Assembly: GCA_002839375.1 (NCBI GenBank)
Contig: PGXY01000004.1
Coordinates: 51,612 to 115,611 of the forward strand
Source of the DNA: Spirochaetae bacterium HGW-Spirochaetae-1
GTDB lineage: Bacteria > Spirochaetota > UBA4802 > UBA5550
Length of the DNA: 64,000 nucleotides
Reading direction: 5' to 3'
Below are positions 29,054 to 38,271 of this stretch, in pieces (position 1 is the stretch's first letter; the number at the start of each line of letters is the position of its first letter). Below the pieces are notes generated by a model, which was not told the origin of the DNA, ran no database searches, and saw only the letters and a program-made list of their open reading frames with translations. The translations under genes and the position numbers were made by a program.

Positions 29054-29256
29054 AATATAACTTGACCTTATTATTGTCAATAAAAAATTTAAATTTACTG
29101 ATTATTTGGTAATTCATAGCCCATAGTATCCTTGGAGTACCTACTCTATACAATAGCCTGATCGAGTTAGTTTAATAAATTAAACATTTTCATCCGGGAC
29201 ATTATTATTGGGAAAAATAGTATTGATTAAATAAACATTAGAAGTTTTATTTCTAT

Positions 29257-29964
29257 ATGCTTAACGTATCTGAAATATGTAAAAGCTTTCCTCGTAAAAA
29301 GGGGATGGTTCTATCTGAGGTTTCTTTTTCTATTAATAGAGGGGAAGCAGTCGCATTGGTCGGGGAAAATGGTGCGGGGAAAACAACACTGATCAGGATT
29401 TTATCGCTCATTTTAAAGCCTGACAAAGGATTTATCTCGCTCAACAATAAAAAATTTACAGAAGACCCTGCATACATTAAAAGTAAAACCGGTACTTTGT
29501 TTTCCGGCGATGGATCCCTTTATGACCGTTTGAGTGCAAGAGAAAATATTTTATATTATGCGCAGTTAAACGGAGTAAATAAGGCTGAATATAATAGGAT
29601 GCTGGAAATACTTACTGATGAACTCTCCATTTCGGATTTTTTAGACGATAGGGTTTCAACATTTTCCAGAGGGATGAAACAGAGGACTGCAATTGTTCGT
29701 ACACTGATCACCGATCCGGATTTCATCATCCTTGATGAACCGTCAACCGGTCTTGATATCATTGCAAGCGATTCTGTCAAAAAAATCATTACAAGACTTA
29801 AAAACAGCGGGAAAACAGTGTTATTCGCAAGTCACAGCATTGATGAAATTTTCAGCTGTGCCGACAGGATTATTATTATACATAAAGGTAAAATTAACTG
29901 TGATAGAACGACTGAGTCTTTTCAGTCTGAACAGGGGAAAGATCTGACTTTATACATTAAATAG
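29257..29964 (+). CDS. ABC transporter ATP-binding protein
   Basis: Walker A GENGAGKTTLIRIL, signature SRGMKQR, Walker B IILDEPSTGLD. Confidence 0.85.
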   Translation: MLNVSEICKSFPRKKGMVLSEVSFSINRGEAVALVGENGAGKTTLIRILSLILKPDKGFISLNNKKFTEDPAYIKSKTGTLFSGDGSLYDRLSARENILYYAQLNGVNKAEYNRMLEILTDELSISDFLDDRVSTFSRGMKQRTAIVRTLITDPDFIILDEPSTGLDIIASDSVKKIITRLKNSGKTVLFASHSIDEIFSCADRIIIIHKGKINCDRTTESFQSEQGKDLTLYIK

Positions 29965-29968
29965 TAAT

Positions 29969-31090
29969 ATGAAACTCATAATAATTATTAAAAAGGAACT
30001 TCTTGATCAGATACGCGACAAACGCACACTAGTCGCCTCAATTCTTATGCCTGCTCTTATTGTTCCCCTTCTTCTTTTTTTTACATCACAAAGTACATCG
30101 GATGAAGAATTAAAAGGACCTGTCAGAATAATTATCCAGAGCAGCGAGAACCAGATAAAAAGCATCATTAATCAATCATTCAAGGATATTCAATTTTTAG
30201 ATCCTGACTCGAGCGCACATGCAATCATTAATGGCAAAGCTGATCTGCAGATAAATAGCGTAAAATCAGGCGACAGATACAAGTCTCTGACTATTTATTA
30301 TGATTCAGCCAGGAGGGGGTCATTACTCTCGTACATAAAGATACATACTTTCCTCAAATCATATTTTGACAGATCAGGATCGCCGATACAGGATATGCAA
30401 ATAACATCTATAACCATCCGAAATGAAGCGGAAAATAAAACTCTTATTACCCTTTCATTAATAGTGCCGATTTTTCTTATGGTGTTCGCAGCATCATCAA
30501 CAATGTCAGCTGTTACTGATATGAGTTCAGGAGAAAAGGAACGTTCAACGATTGAAACCCTTTTAACCTGCAATGTATCTCACACAACAATCATCCTTGG
30601 AAAAATATTTGCAGCGTTTATAATTGGCTTCACATCGATTATATCTTTACTGTGTGGGTTAATTACATGTTCTCATGTCTATCCTCAGATTACCGGGGGA
30701 ATATCATTATTAAAATTTTGCGGTCTAACAAACATTGTTTTAATGCTGATAATGACATCACTGGCTGTAATTCTTTTTTCTACAGTAGGAATGGTTATAG
30801 GGCTATACGCAAAATCCGCAAAAGAAGGAACCATTCTGACCCTCCCGGTGATCGTCATAAGTTCTGCTTTATCAAGCGGGCTTATAGCCAGCGATCCCTT
30901 TATGATTAACAGGTTATATCTTCTGATACCTGTTTTAAATTTTTCATTTTTAATACGGGCAGCGATTTACAACCATTATAACGGATTATTTATAATGATT
31001 TCTGTTTTCGTTAATCTTGCTTATGCTTTTATATTTTTAATTATCAGCAACTATTTATTAAAAAAGGAAACCGTTATCTTTAGAAGTTGA
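29969..31090 (+). CDS. ABC-2 family transporter permease
   Basis: 373 aa, N-terminal TM, a large loop, then a C-terminal multi-TM region. Sits 4 nt after the ATPase gene. Confidence 0.7.
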   Translation: MKLIIIIKKELLDQIRDKRTLVASILMPALIVPLLLFFTSQSTSDEELKGPVRIIIQSSENQIKSIINQSFKDIQFLDPDSSAHAIINGKADLQINSVKSGDRYKSLTIYYDSARRGSLLSYIKIHTFLKSYFDRSGSPIQDMQITSITIRNEAENKTLITLSLIVPIFLMVFAASSTMSAVTDMSSGEKERSTIETLLTCNVSHTTIILGKIFAAFIIGFTSIISLLCGLITCSHVYPQITGGISLLKFCGLTNIVLMLIMTSLAVILFSTVGMVIGLYAKSAKEGTILTLPVIVISSALSSGLIASDPFMINRLYLLIPVLNFSFLIRAAIYNHYNGLFIMISVFVNLAYAFIFLIISNYLLKKETVIFRS

Positions 31091-31151
31091 CAATGCTTCA
31101 ATATAGCGATATATTCATTTTATCTAAAATAATTTAAAAGAGGTTTATTAT

Positions 31152-31220
31152 ATGTGGTATGGGTTGATAGGTCTTCTGGTTATTATAATTCTGGTTGTTG
31201 TTATAATTAGATTAGTTTAA
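31152..31220 (+). CDS. candidate 22-aa hydrophobic micro-peptide (MWYGLIGLLVIIILVVVIIRLV)
   Basis: AAGAGG SD 7 nt upstream of the ATG. Single TM-like helix. Not in the ORF track because it is under 60 aa. Speculative. Confidence 0.25.
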   Translation: MWYGLIGLLVIIILVVVIIRLV

Positions 31221-31562
31221 TAATCACTTTCTATAGCATATTGAAAGTGAGAATAGCAGCAGATGCGATGATTTGATTCACTTTGTGAGACTACCAATAA
31301 TAAATGGGTGGTCCATCCTGTCAGTCTATACAAGCTTTCTGCATTAAACTTCCTGCCGTCAATAAACAATTAATGCTAATTAAAAGATTATTTTAGATTC
31401 TATCTGGTTAAAAAATCTGACAAATGGGCTGGGGGATATATGCTTATCATTATAGTCAAAGGCGATATGATTATTTTGATGAAACACGGAACAGCGTGAT
31501 ACTCATGGAGAACTCAGAGTATGACGCTGTTCAATGCTGGACTGTACAGACTTTAAAATCGG

Positions 31563-32450
31563 TTATTTTTTAAAAATACTCTTCACCGACTCAAGAAGAT
31601 CGGGCGGCAGCAGAATAAATTTACTGTTAGCTGAATCTCCCAGTTTTACGAGACCTTTCACATACTCCTGTCCCAGGAGATACGTCAGAGGGTCACCGTT
31701 GCTGGACTTTAAGGACTCTGCAACGAGTTTAATGGCATTGGCCTCGGCCAATGCCAGCCTCTCCCGTGCCTCGGCATCTCTCTCGGCCGATTCTTTCCGC
31801 GCCTCGGCAGCGAGTATCTGCGCCCGCTTGACGCCTTCCGCTTCACGCTCGGCCGCTTCCTTCTTTGCTTCAGCTTCCAGGATACGAGCCCTTTTCTCCC
31901 GCTCGGCCTTCATCTGGAGCGTCATGGCATTAACGATATCATCGGGTGGCTGTATATCCTTTATCTCTACCCGCGTGATTTTTGTTCCCCATGCGTCCGT
32001 CGCTTCATCCAGGGTAATGAGAAGATCGGCATTGATTTTTTCCCGCGAGGAAAGGGATTCATCCAGTGTCATTCTCCCCAGGATTGAGCGGATGTTTGTC
32101 TGAGCCAGGTTCTGTATCGCGTAGTGCAGGTTCTGTATGCCGTAATAGGCCTTGTAAGTATCCATTATTTTAAAATAAACTATACCGTCCACTTCCAGGG
32201 AGGCATTGTCGCTGGTTATCGTTCCCTGCTTGGGAAGATCAAGGACACTCTCCCGTATGTCGATTTTTGTGGCAACACGCGAGAAAATAGGGTTGATAAG
32301 ATTAAGTCCCGGGTTGAGCGTAGAGGCATATTTACCGAACCTCTCCACTATCCAGTTTTCCGCCTGGGGAACGATACGAACCCCTTTCATTATCAGAAAA
32401 AGAACAAAAAAGCCGATTGCGATTGAAAAATACAGCATACTATCCTCCAT
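31563..32450 (-). CDS. SPFH/band-7 (stomatin-like) protein
   Basis: N-terminal TM, SPFH core (RVEIKDIQPPDDI...), and a C-terminal Ala/Glu-rich coiled coil. Confidence 0.85.
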   Translation of the reverse strand: MEDSMLYFSIAIGFFVLFLIMKGVRIVPQAENWIVERFGKYASTLNPGLNLINPIFSRVATKIDIRESVLDLPKQGTITSDNASLEVDGIVYFKIMDTYKAYYGIQNLHYAIQNLAQTNIRSILGRMTLDESLSSREKINADLLITLDEATDAWGTKITRVEIKDIQPPDDIVNAMTLQMKAEREKRARILEAEAKKEAAEREAEGVKRAQILAAEARKESAERDAEARERLALAEANAIKLVAESLKSSNGDPLTYLLGQEYVKGLVKLGDSANSKFILLPPDLLESVKSIFKK

Positions 32451-32908
32451 TATTTTAAAGATGTTTTTACAATAAGTTTGATACCATTGGCGTCGGTAAC
32501 CGTTATCTCTTCTCCGGGCTCAATAATTTCTCCCGATTCGGCCTGCCATTTTTTTATTCCGTGATACACCGTATACAGTTCAACCTCTCCGGGTATTCCC
32601 GGAGCTATTTTCACCGTTACCTTCCCCCGGAGATTCATCAGTGTCGCATCGCGGGAAATATCGACCACGTCGCTCTGAAATTTCTTTCTCAGAAATACCT
32701 GCCAGACTCCTAAAAGCACCAGGGAAGATAAAAAGAAAAATATCCACTGCCATTCCGCGCTGTTTGCGGGAATTATTCCGATAAAAATAAAAAGGGCGGT
32801 GAGCACCCCTCCTGCTCCGAACCAGAATATTATGAATCCCGGCATAAATATTTCGCATGCCATGATTATTATGCCGATGGCGAGCCATACAATGGGTGAA
32901 AAAGTCAT
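32450..32908 (-). CDS. NfeD-family membrane protein (stomatin operon partner)
   Basis: Three TM helices plus a C-terminal OB-fold beta domain (GKVTVKIAPGIPGEVEL...GEEITVTD). Its stop overlaps the SPFH start. Confidence 0.75.
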   Translation of the reverse strand: MTFSPIVWLAIGIIIMACEIFMPGFIIFWFGAGGVLTALFIFIGIIPANSAEWQWIFFFLSSLVLLGVWQVFLRKKFQSDVVDISRDATLMNLRGKVTVKIAPGIPGEVELYTVYHGIKKWQAESGEIIEPGEEITVTDANGIKLIVKTSLK

Positions 32909-33015
32909 ATAAATAACTCTCCCTTATTTTGTTAGTAAAGTCCAATAATGGTGCCGGTTAAAACTAATTGCAACAAAAAAACCACGGTGAATAATCAAGC
33001 AATACATCCCGGGTG

Positions 33016-33663
33016 TTACGGTATTCCCTGTGTTTTTATTCCGCTTACCGCAGTAAGAATACCTAAAATTATATAAATGCCTCCGATAATATACGGCTGT
33101 ATCTTTGAAACCCTGGCATTCGAGAAAATGCGGCTGTATCCTGAACCGGCTAACATTACATATGAACTGTCAGTGCATAAAGCCAGTGATATAAAAAGAA
33201 ACCCCAGGAGCGCGAATTGTAAAGAAAGTGATCCGCGGGACGTATCTACAAACTGCGGCAGAAAAGCCAGAAAGAATAATGCCGTTTTCGGATTAAATAC
33301 GTTTACGATGATGCCCTGAAAAAACATGCCTCGGTTTGTTTTCAGATTTTGCGATGGACCCGATGCTCCGGCATCCTTATAAAAAAATATTTTCCTGATT
33401 CCCAATAACAGTAAATATCCGGCGCCGATGTATTTAATAATGGCAAAAGCAATGGGCGATGAAGCGATTAACACAGAAAGGCCCAGCGAAGCCAGAATAA
33501 CATGCGTCAGACCTCCAACAGCTATGCCGAGAGCCGATATAAAACCGGCGCGTCTGCCTTTATCCAGACTGCAGGTGACGATATATATAACGGCAGGTCC
33601 GGGCGTCAGCAGTATAACCAGTGAGGCCGCAAAAAATATTCCGAGATTCGAATAATCAGGCAT
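33016..33663 (-). CDS. LysE/RhtB family amino-acid exporter
   Basis: LTPGPAVIYIV..., six TM, typical LysE-type translocator. Confidence 0.8.
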   Translation of the reverse strand: MPDYSNLGIFFAASLVILLTPGPAVIYIVTCSLDKGRRAGFISALGIAVGGLTHVILASLGLSVLIASSPIAFAIIKYIGAGYLLLLGIRKIFFYKDAGASGPSQNLKTNRGMFFQGIIVNVFNPKTALFFLAFLPQFVDTSRGSLSLQFALLGFLFISLALCTDSSYVMLAGSGYSRIFSNARVSKIQPYIIGGIYIILGILTAVSGIKTQGIP

Positions 33664-33704
33664 AATAAATTCTATTGCTTTTATCCTGGTGAATGAAAAT
33701 AATT

Positions 33705-33740
33705 CCCCGGCCCGGCAGGTGGCGCCGAGCCCGGGGTTTT
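33705..33740. terminator. GC-rich hairpin followed by a T-run (bidirectional terminator candidate)
   Basis: CCCCGGCCCGGCAGGTGGCGCCGAGCCCGGGG followed by TTTT, just downstream of the lipoprotein gene that ends at 33761. Confidence 0.45.
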
Positions 33741-33760
33741 CCGCCTTTCTGATCCATAAT

Positions 33761-34291
33761 TTATTCCAGTTTAGCCGAGGCGATAATTTTTTCGTAATCC
33801 TGTTTCAGCTTGCCAAATTCAGCGGTCATTGCACCGCAGGTTAACGAATGAGCACGACCATCACTAAAGACATAAAGCATGATATAAGACATTTTCATGC
33901 CGAAGACATCACCTGAATATTCAAACCGCCGAGCCTCATGCCCGCTTATGGTAAGACTGGAAGTGGGACCGAACTTACAATTCTTAAAAGACTTCTGAAG
34001 AGCTGACTTTGCAAATTCTACAAAGGCATCGGGAGTATTGGCATTGCCCGGCATGTATTCGGGTTTTATTGTATAGGTTCCCGTTCCTTTCATCATCACA
34101 TTGGGATTTGTCGTATTGGGAGTCCATCCAGCCGGGGCAACCACCGTCAGCTTATTGGCAGGAGTGATACCGGTATTCCGGACCTGGTTATTTTCAGTCT
34201 TTGAGTCGATTGGATTTTTTTCATTAGAACAGGCAATAAAGAAAGTACACAATGCCAGTGTAGCAACAACGATTAATAAACTTTTCCGCAT
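33761..34291 (-). CDS. lipoprotein of unknown function
   Basis: Signal peptide with lipobox FIAC. 176 aa. Confidence 0.5.
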   Translation of the reverse strand: MRKSLLIVVATLALCTFFIACSNEKNPIDSKTENNQVRNTGITPANKLTVVAPAGWTPNTTNPNVMMKGTGTYTIKPEYMPGNANTPDAFVEFAKSALQKSFKNCKFGPTSSLTISGHEARRFEYSGDVFGMKMSYIMLYVFSDGRAHSLTCGAMTAEFGKLKQDYEKIIASAKLE

Positions 34292-34565
34292 GATTGATCT
34301 CCTTACATAGTATGATAGATTTTTCCTTCACCCGGATCTGCTCCATGAGACAAAAGGCGTCTTACGTAAAGATGCTTCAGGTAAATGTATTGTTGAAACA
34401 GTAACTACAGGGTCCGGGAAGGCAAGGCATTTATAATTTTCACCGACAGGAAAATATAAATTTTATCAATTACAAGCATCCCCACCCCCGTGAAATAGGC
34501 TTGAAATCATTGATCGTTCTCACTATCGTGGATTATCGATACGGGAATACACAGGGACAAAAAAT

Positions 34566-35273
34566 ATGAGCACCATACTGACTGAAATCCGTCGTGAGCT
34601 GAAACAGAACAGCGATGAAGCCGTAAAAGCATCGGGCCGAAAATTCTTCAAGGAACAGATAAAACCGTACGGCGTCAAAACGGCCGTTGTAAAAATAATC
34701 GCGAAAAAATATTTCAAAGCAATCAAAGATACTGGCAAGGCAAATATTTTTGATCTCTGCGAAAAATTATGGCAGTCGGGATACATGGAAGAATCATTCA
34801 TTGCCTCCGAATGGTCGTATTATCTCCGGAAGGATTATGAACCGGAAGATTTTACCGTGTTTCAAAAATGGGTTGATACGCATATCAGCAATTGGGCATC
34901 ATGCGACACGTTTTGCAATCATACCATGGGAGCCTTTGTGGAGATGTATCCTCAATTCCTGGAAAACCTGAAGACCTGGTCCTGGTCGTCGAACCGCTGG
35001 ACGCGCCGCGCCTCGGCCGTATCCCTTATTCTTCCTGCGAAAAGAGGCCTTTATTTAAAAGAAATTCTGGAAATCGCTGATATTCTGCTGACAGACCCCG
35101 ATGATCTGGTTCAGAAAGGATATGGCTGGATGCTCAAGGCGGCAAGCCATGCGCACCGGATGGAAATTTTTGATTACGTGATGAAAAAAAAGAATATCAT
35201 GCCCAGAACGGCCCTGAGGTACGCCATTGAAAAAATGCCACGTGAATTAAAAATGAAAGCAATGGAAAAATAG
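34566..35273 (+). CDS. DNA alkylation repair enzyme-family protein (AlkC/AlkD-like HEAT-repeat glycosylase family)
   Basis: About 235 aa with an N-terminus of the form ...LKQNSDEAVKASGRKFFKE...YGVKTAVVKIIAKKY.., and WSSNRWTRRASAV, as in PF08713-type proteins. Confidence 0.65.
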   Translation: MSTILTEIRRELKQNSDEAVKASGRKFFKEQIKPYGVKTAVVKIIAKKYFKAIKDTGKANIFDLCEKLWQSGYMEESFIASEWSYYLRKDYEPEDFTVFQKWVDTHISNWASCDTFCNHTMGAFVEMYPQFLENLKTWSWSSNRWTRRASAVSLILPAKRGLYLKEILEIADILLTDPDDLVQKGYGWMLKAASHAHRMEIFDYVMKKKNIMPRTALRYAIEKMPRELKMKAMEK

Positions 35274-35274
35274 C

Positions 35275-36333
35275 ATGATAGGTTCCGGCAGCACCTTCAT
35301 TTCCATTTTCCCCGTCATACTGGCCCTTCTGGCGGCCGCCCTCTTCGGCATGGCTGCCCCGGCAAGCAAACAGCTCCTCCATACACTCAATCCCTTTTCA
35401 CTGGCCGGGCTCCTGTATCTGGGGGCTTCCGCAGGGCTCTTTCCCATCCTGATCGCCAGAGGTGAATTCAGACGTCTCCCCGGCATGGACAGGGGAAATC
35501 TTAAAAAACTCACGGGGGCAGTTGTGCTAGGCGGCATCGCCGGTCCGATCCTTCTCCTCTTTGGTCTACAGAACGCGGCGGCCTCATCTGTTTCGCTATG
35601 GCTGAACATGGAACTGGTGGCCACGGCCGTTCTCGGAACATTTTTTTTCAGGGACCACCTGGGAAAGATTGGCTGGGCCGGTGTGCTTACTGCGCTGGCA
35701 TCCAGCATCATACTGACCATTCATGAAGGTCCCTCGGGGATCATTCCCGCCGCACTCACAGGCCTGGCATGCCTGTGCTGGGGATTCGACAATCATTTCA
35801 CGGCCCTTATCGACGGAATATCGGCAGTGCAGAGTACCTTCATCAAGGGTTTATTCGCAGGCGCAGTGAATACCGCCATCGGCCATTTTCTCCCCGGTCC
35901 GGCTCCCGCGGGAGAAATGATTCTCTATTCGCTTCTTCTGGGAGGGCTTTCCTATGGCTTGAGCATTGTCCTCTACATCATGTCGGCACAGAAACTGGGA
36001 GCGACAAGGAGCCAGGTTATCTTCTCCAGTGCCCCGTTCTTCGGCGTCACTTTTTCCGTCGTATTCCTCTCCGAATCGATTTCACCCGTGCAGACCGTAT
36101 CCATTATCCTCTTCATCACTGCTATTTCCCTGCTCATCCTGGAGCACCATGAGCACCGCCATGAGCATCATGAAACAGAACATACCCATATACATCGCCA
36201 CGACGATCTCCATCACGGACACAGCCACGAAGAGGATGTATCGTATCATGAACACAGCCACCGGCATGATGTCACGACGCACTCCCATCCACACTGGCCC
36301 GACCTGCACCACCGGCATATTCATAAAGACTGA
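35275..36333 (+). CDS. DMT/EamA-family transporter with a 70-aa histidine-rich C-terminal tail
   Basis: Ten predicted TM helices (two EamA halves). The tail is HHEHRHEHHETEHTHIHRHDDLHHGHSHEEDVSYHEHSHRHDVTTHSHPHWPDLHHRHIH. Confidence 0.75.
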   Translation: MIGSGSTFISIFPVILALLAAALFGMAAPASKQLLHTLNPFSLAGLLYLGASAGLFPILIARGEFRRLPGMDRGNLKKLTGAVVLGGIAGPILLLFGLQNAAASSVSLWLNMELVATAVLGTFFFRDHLGKIGWAGVLTALASSIILTIHEGPSGIIPAALTGLACLCWGFDNHFTALIDGISAVQSTFIKGLFAGAVNTAIGHFLPGPAPAGEMILYSLLLGGLSYGLSIVLYIMSAQKLGATRSQVIFSSAPFFGVTFSVVFLSESISPVQTVSIILFITAISLLILEHHEHRHEHHETEHTHIHRHDDLHHGHSHEEDVSYHEHSHRHDVTTHSHPHWPDLHHRHIHKD

Positions 36334-36411
36334 CCCGGTAAAGAAAGAAAATTTCGCATGATACCATTTCTCAGGAAGGAGTTAAAAGTTTCAGTTATCT
36401 TATAGGCACCT

Positions 36412-36514
36412 CTAAAAATATGGTTTTTCATTAACAATAGATTAAAAATACCCTATTTCCCCAATGTTTGTGCGTACAAAGGAGCATCCAAAACTCAATT
36501 TTTTAGAGATGTCC
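36412..36514. repeat. intergenic repeat element copy A (103 bp, terminal inverted repeats CCTCTAAAAA / TTTTTAGAG)
   Basis: Aligns with 40038-40114: GGCACCTCTAAA.AT..GGTTTTTC ... TGTTTGTGC..ACAA.GGA.CATCCA.A...AATTTTTAGA.. Copy A has a roughly 33-bp internal insertion. Confidence 0.5.
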
Positions 36515-36712
36515 TTATAAAGATTTTTCTCTGTTCCTGGCGGCTTCTTCGATATTTCTGTAGGGATGCACCCCTCTTTTACAGTCAGGGGGATTAAGTC
36601 TGAAGGTTATCTGAAACAAACCGGCTACTCTCCGGTAATAGTCGCTGTCAGGACTAAAGTTCCAGAGAGCTCTCTCGGCCTCTTCAAAGGATTTGAATTT
36701 ATAAACCGGCAT
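36515..36712 (-). CDS. hypothetical small protein (65 aa), overlaps the upstream nucleotidyltransferase gene by 14 nt
   Basis: ORF only. Low GC. Could also be the frameshifted C-terminus of the upstream gene. Confidence 0.3.
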   Translation of the reverse strand: MPVYKFKSFEEAERALWNFSPDSDYYRRVAGLFQITFRLNPPDCKRGVHPYRNIEEAARNREKSL

Positions 36713-37181
36713 TATTTTTCTCTTCCTCTTTTAATAGTCCCATAAGGAAAGCAGCATCGGATTTGTCCACGGGTCTCACTGTATCTTTCTTCATTCTATA
36801 TAAAGATTCAACAGTCGCAATCTTTACAGTGTGTCCCTCAATATTCTTTATATTAAACCTGATATCACTATACTTGAACATATCTCCGATACGGATTATT
36901 ATATCTATATTAAATCCATCGGGAGAACCATATCGTACAACAGGATAATTTTCAAGCATATCTGCAGATATTTCTTCAATGCTGTCATCATCAAAAAGCG
37001 AACTTAAAACCTTTTTAAGCTTTTCAATATTATCATAGGAAGGTTTGAGAAATATATCGATGTCCTGTGTAACTCTCGGGAGTCCGTATAATACCACGGC
37101 AAAGCCGCCAATCAGGATATATTCAACTCCTTCCTTTTCAAGTGCGTCAAAAATTTCAATGAATTTATTAAACATATCCAT
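36699..37181 (-). CDS. Pol-beta-superfamily nucleotidyltransferase-domain protein
   Basis: YILIGGFAVVLYGLPRVTQDIDIF contains the hG[GS]...DxD nucleotidyltransferase core. 160 aa. AT-rich codon usage. Confidence 0.55.
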   Translation of the reverse strand: MDMFNKFIEIFDALEKEGVEYILIGGFAVVLYGLPRVTQDIDIFLKPSYDNIEKLKKVLSSLFDDDSIEEISADMLENYPVVRYGSPDGFNIDIIIRIGDMFKYSDIRFNIKNIEGHTVKIATVESLYRMKKDTVRPVDKSDAAFLMGLLKEEEKNNAGL

Positions 37182-37243
37182 AGAAGGAAAAGATATTCAA
37201 CAAATTGCCGGATGTCAAGAACTTATGGTTCTTTTCCGGAGGC

Positions 37244-38029
37244 TTATTGACCGATGATTTGAAGCCCTGACTCATTCAGAAACCGCTTCAATTCCCTGTT
37301 CACTTCTTCAGTTTTTTCCACGGGAGACATGTGCCCGGCTGCCGGAATTTCAACATAAACGGCATTCTCTATATGCTCTGCCAGATACCGGCCGTATTTC
37401 ACCGGTGAAAGCCGGTCATCTTCAGCGGTGAGGACCAGAACCGGCACCTTGATCTCATGCAGGCGGTCCATAACATCAAAGTTATCACAGGCGGTGAAGT
37501 CCCCCAGTACGACCTCGGGACTGCATGTTTTTGCATCATCAATGATGTCCTTAAGCAGGGCCGTATCGGTTTTCGGTGACGCGGCAACTGAGGCCAGGGA
37601 AGCCGTGTATCCCTCATAATTGTTCCTGACAGCATCAAAAATGGCGGGCAGGACCCTGAGACGCGCCCCGGTATTAACAAGAATTCCCGCCCTGTACCTG
37701 GAGGGTGAATCAAGAAGCATACGCAGCACAACAGCACCTCCCATGCTAAGCCCGCAGGGAACAGGGCCGGGGATATCAGCCTCATCTATCAACTTCTCCA
37801 CGGCCGAAGCGTACCCGGTTATGGTATTCATGCCCAGGCCCGCACTTTTCCCATGACCGGGAAGATCAAGCGCCACGGTATTGATCTCTTCTGCGAGACC
37901 TTCCACCTGCCCTTTCCATAAAAGACGTGAGTTCCCCGAACCATGGATAAAAATAACCGTGTTTCTTCCCGCATCGAGAGGCCAGTTTCCGGTTATAAAA
38001 TGAATCCCTCCGATTGTATGTTCAGTCAT
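37244..38029 (-). CDS. alpha/beta-fold hydrolase
   Basis: VIFIHGSGNS..., nucleophile elbow GLSMGG. The start was chosen at MTEHTIGG, with an AAGGAG SD. Confidence 0.75.
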   Translation of the reverse strand: MTEHTIGGIHFITGNWPLDAGRNTVIFIHGSGNSRLLWKGQVEGLAEEINTVALDLPGHGKSAGLGMNTITGYASAVEKLIDEADIPGPVPCGLSMGGAVVLRMLLDSPSRYRAGILVNTGARLRVLPAIFDAVRNNYEGYTASLASVAASPKTDTALLKDIIDDAKTCSPEVVLGDFTACDNFDVMDRLHEIKVPVLVLTAEDDRLSPVKYGRYLAEHIENAVYVEIPAAGHMSPVEKTEEVNRELKRFLNESGLQIIGQ

Positions 38030-38271
38030 GTCGATCTCCTTGTAATAATGTTGTCCATCACCATGACTCATCCCCGGGGAGTTGACAAGTTTTTTATTGA
38101 TATTCCCGTGTCCCAAAGGAAGATACTGTCTTGATCCTTAATTAAGATCGGAATATTTTCTTGACAGAACCGCAAAAACAGTTCTTAATATTTGTAAAGA
38201 CCCGTATTGACAATAGTATCCTGAAATATTATCTATCATCGGGTAAACATATTCACAGGAGCAGCGCGTCT

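Noticed and set aside
35966-36361. Plus-strand 131-aa ORF and minus-strand 80-aa ORF overlapping the His-rich tail of the EamA transporter.
   Set aside because: They are out of frame with the continuous transporter ORF and have no independent start signals. They are noted only because a frameshift here would remove the His-rich tail.
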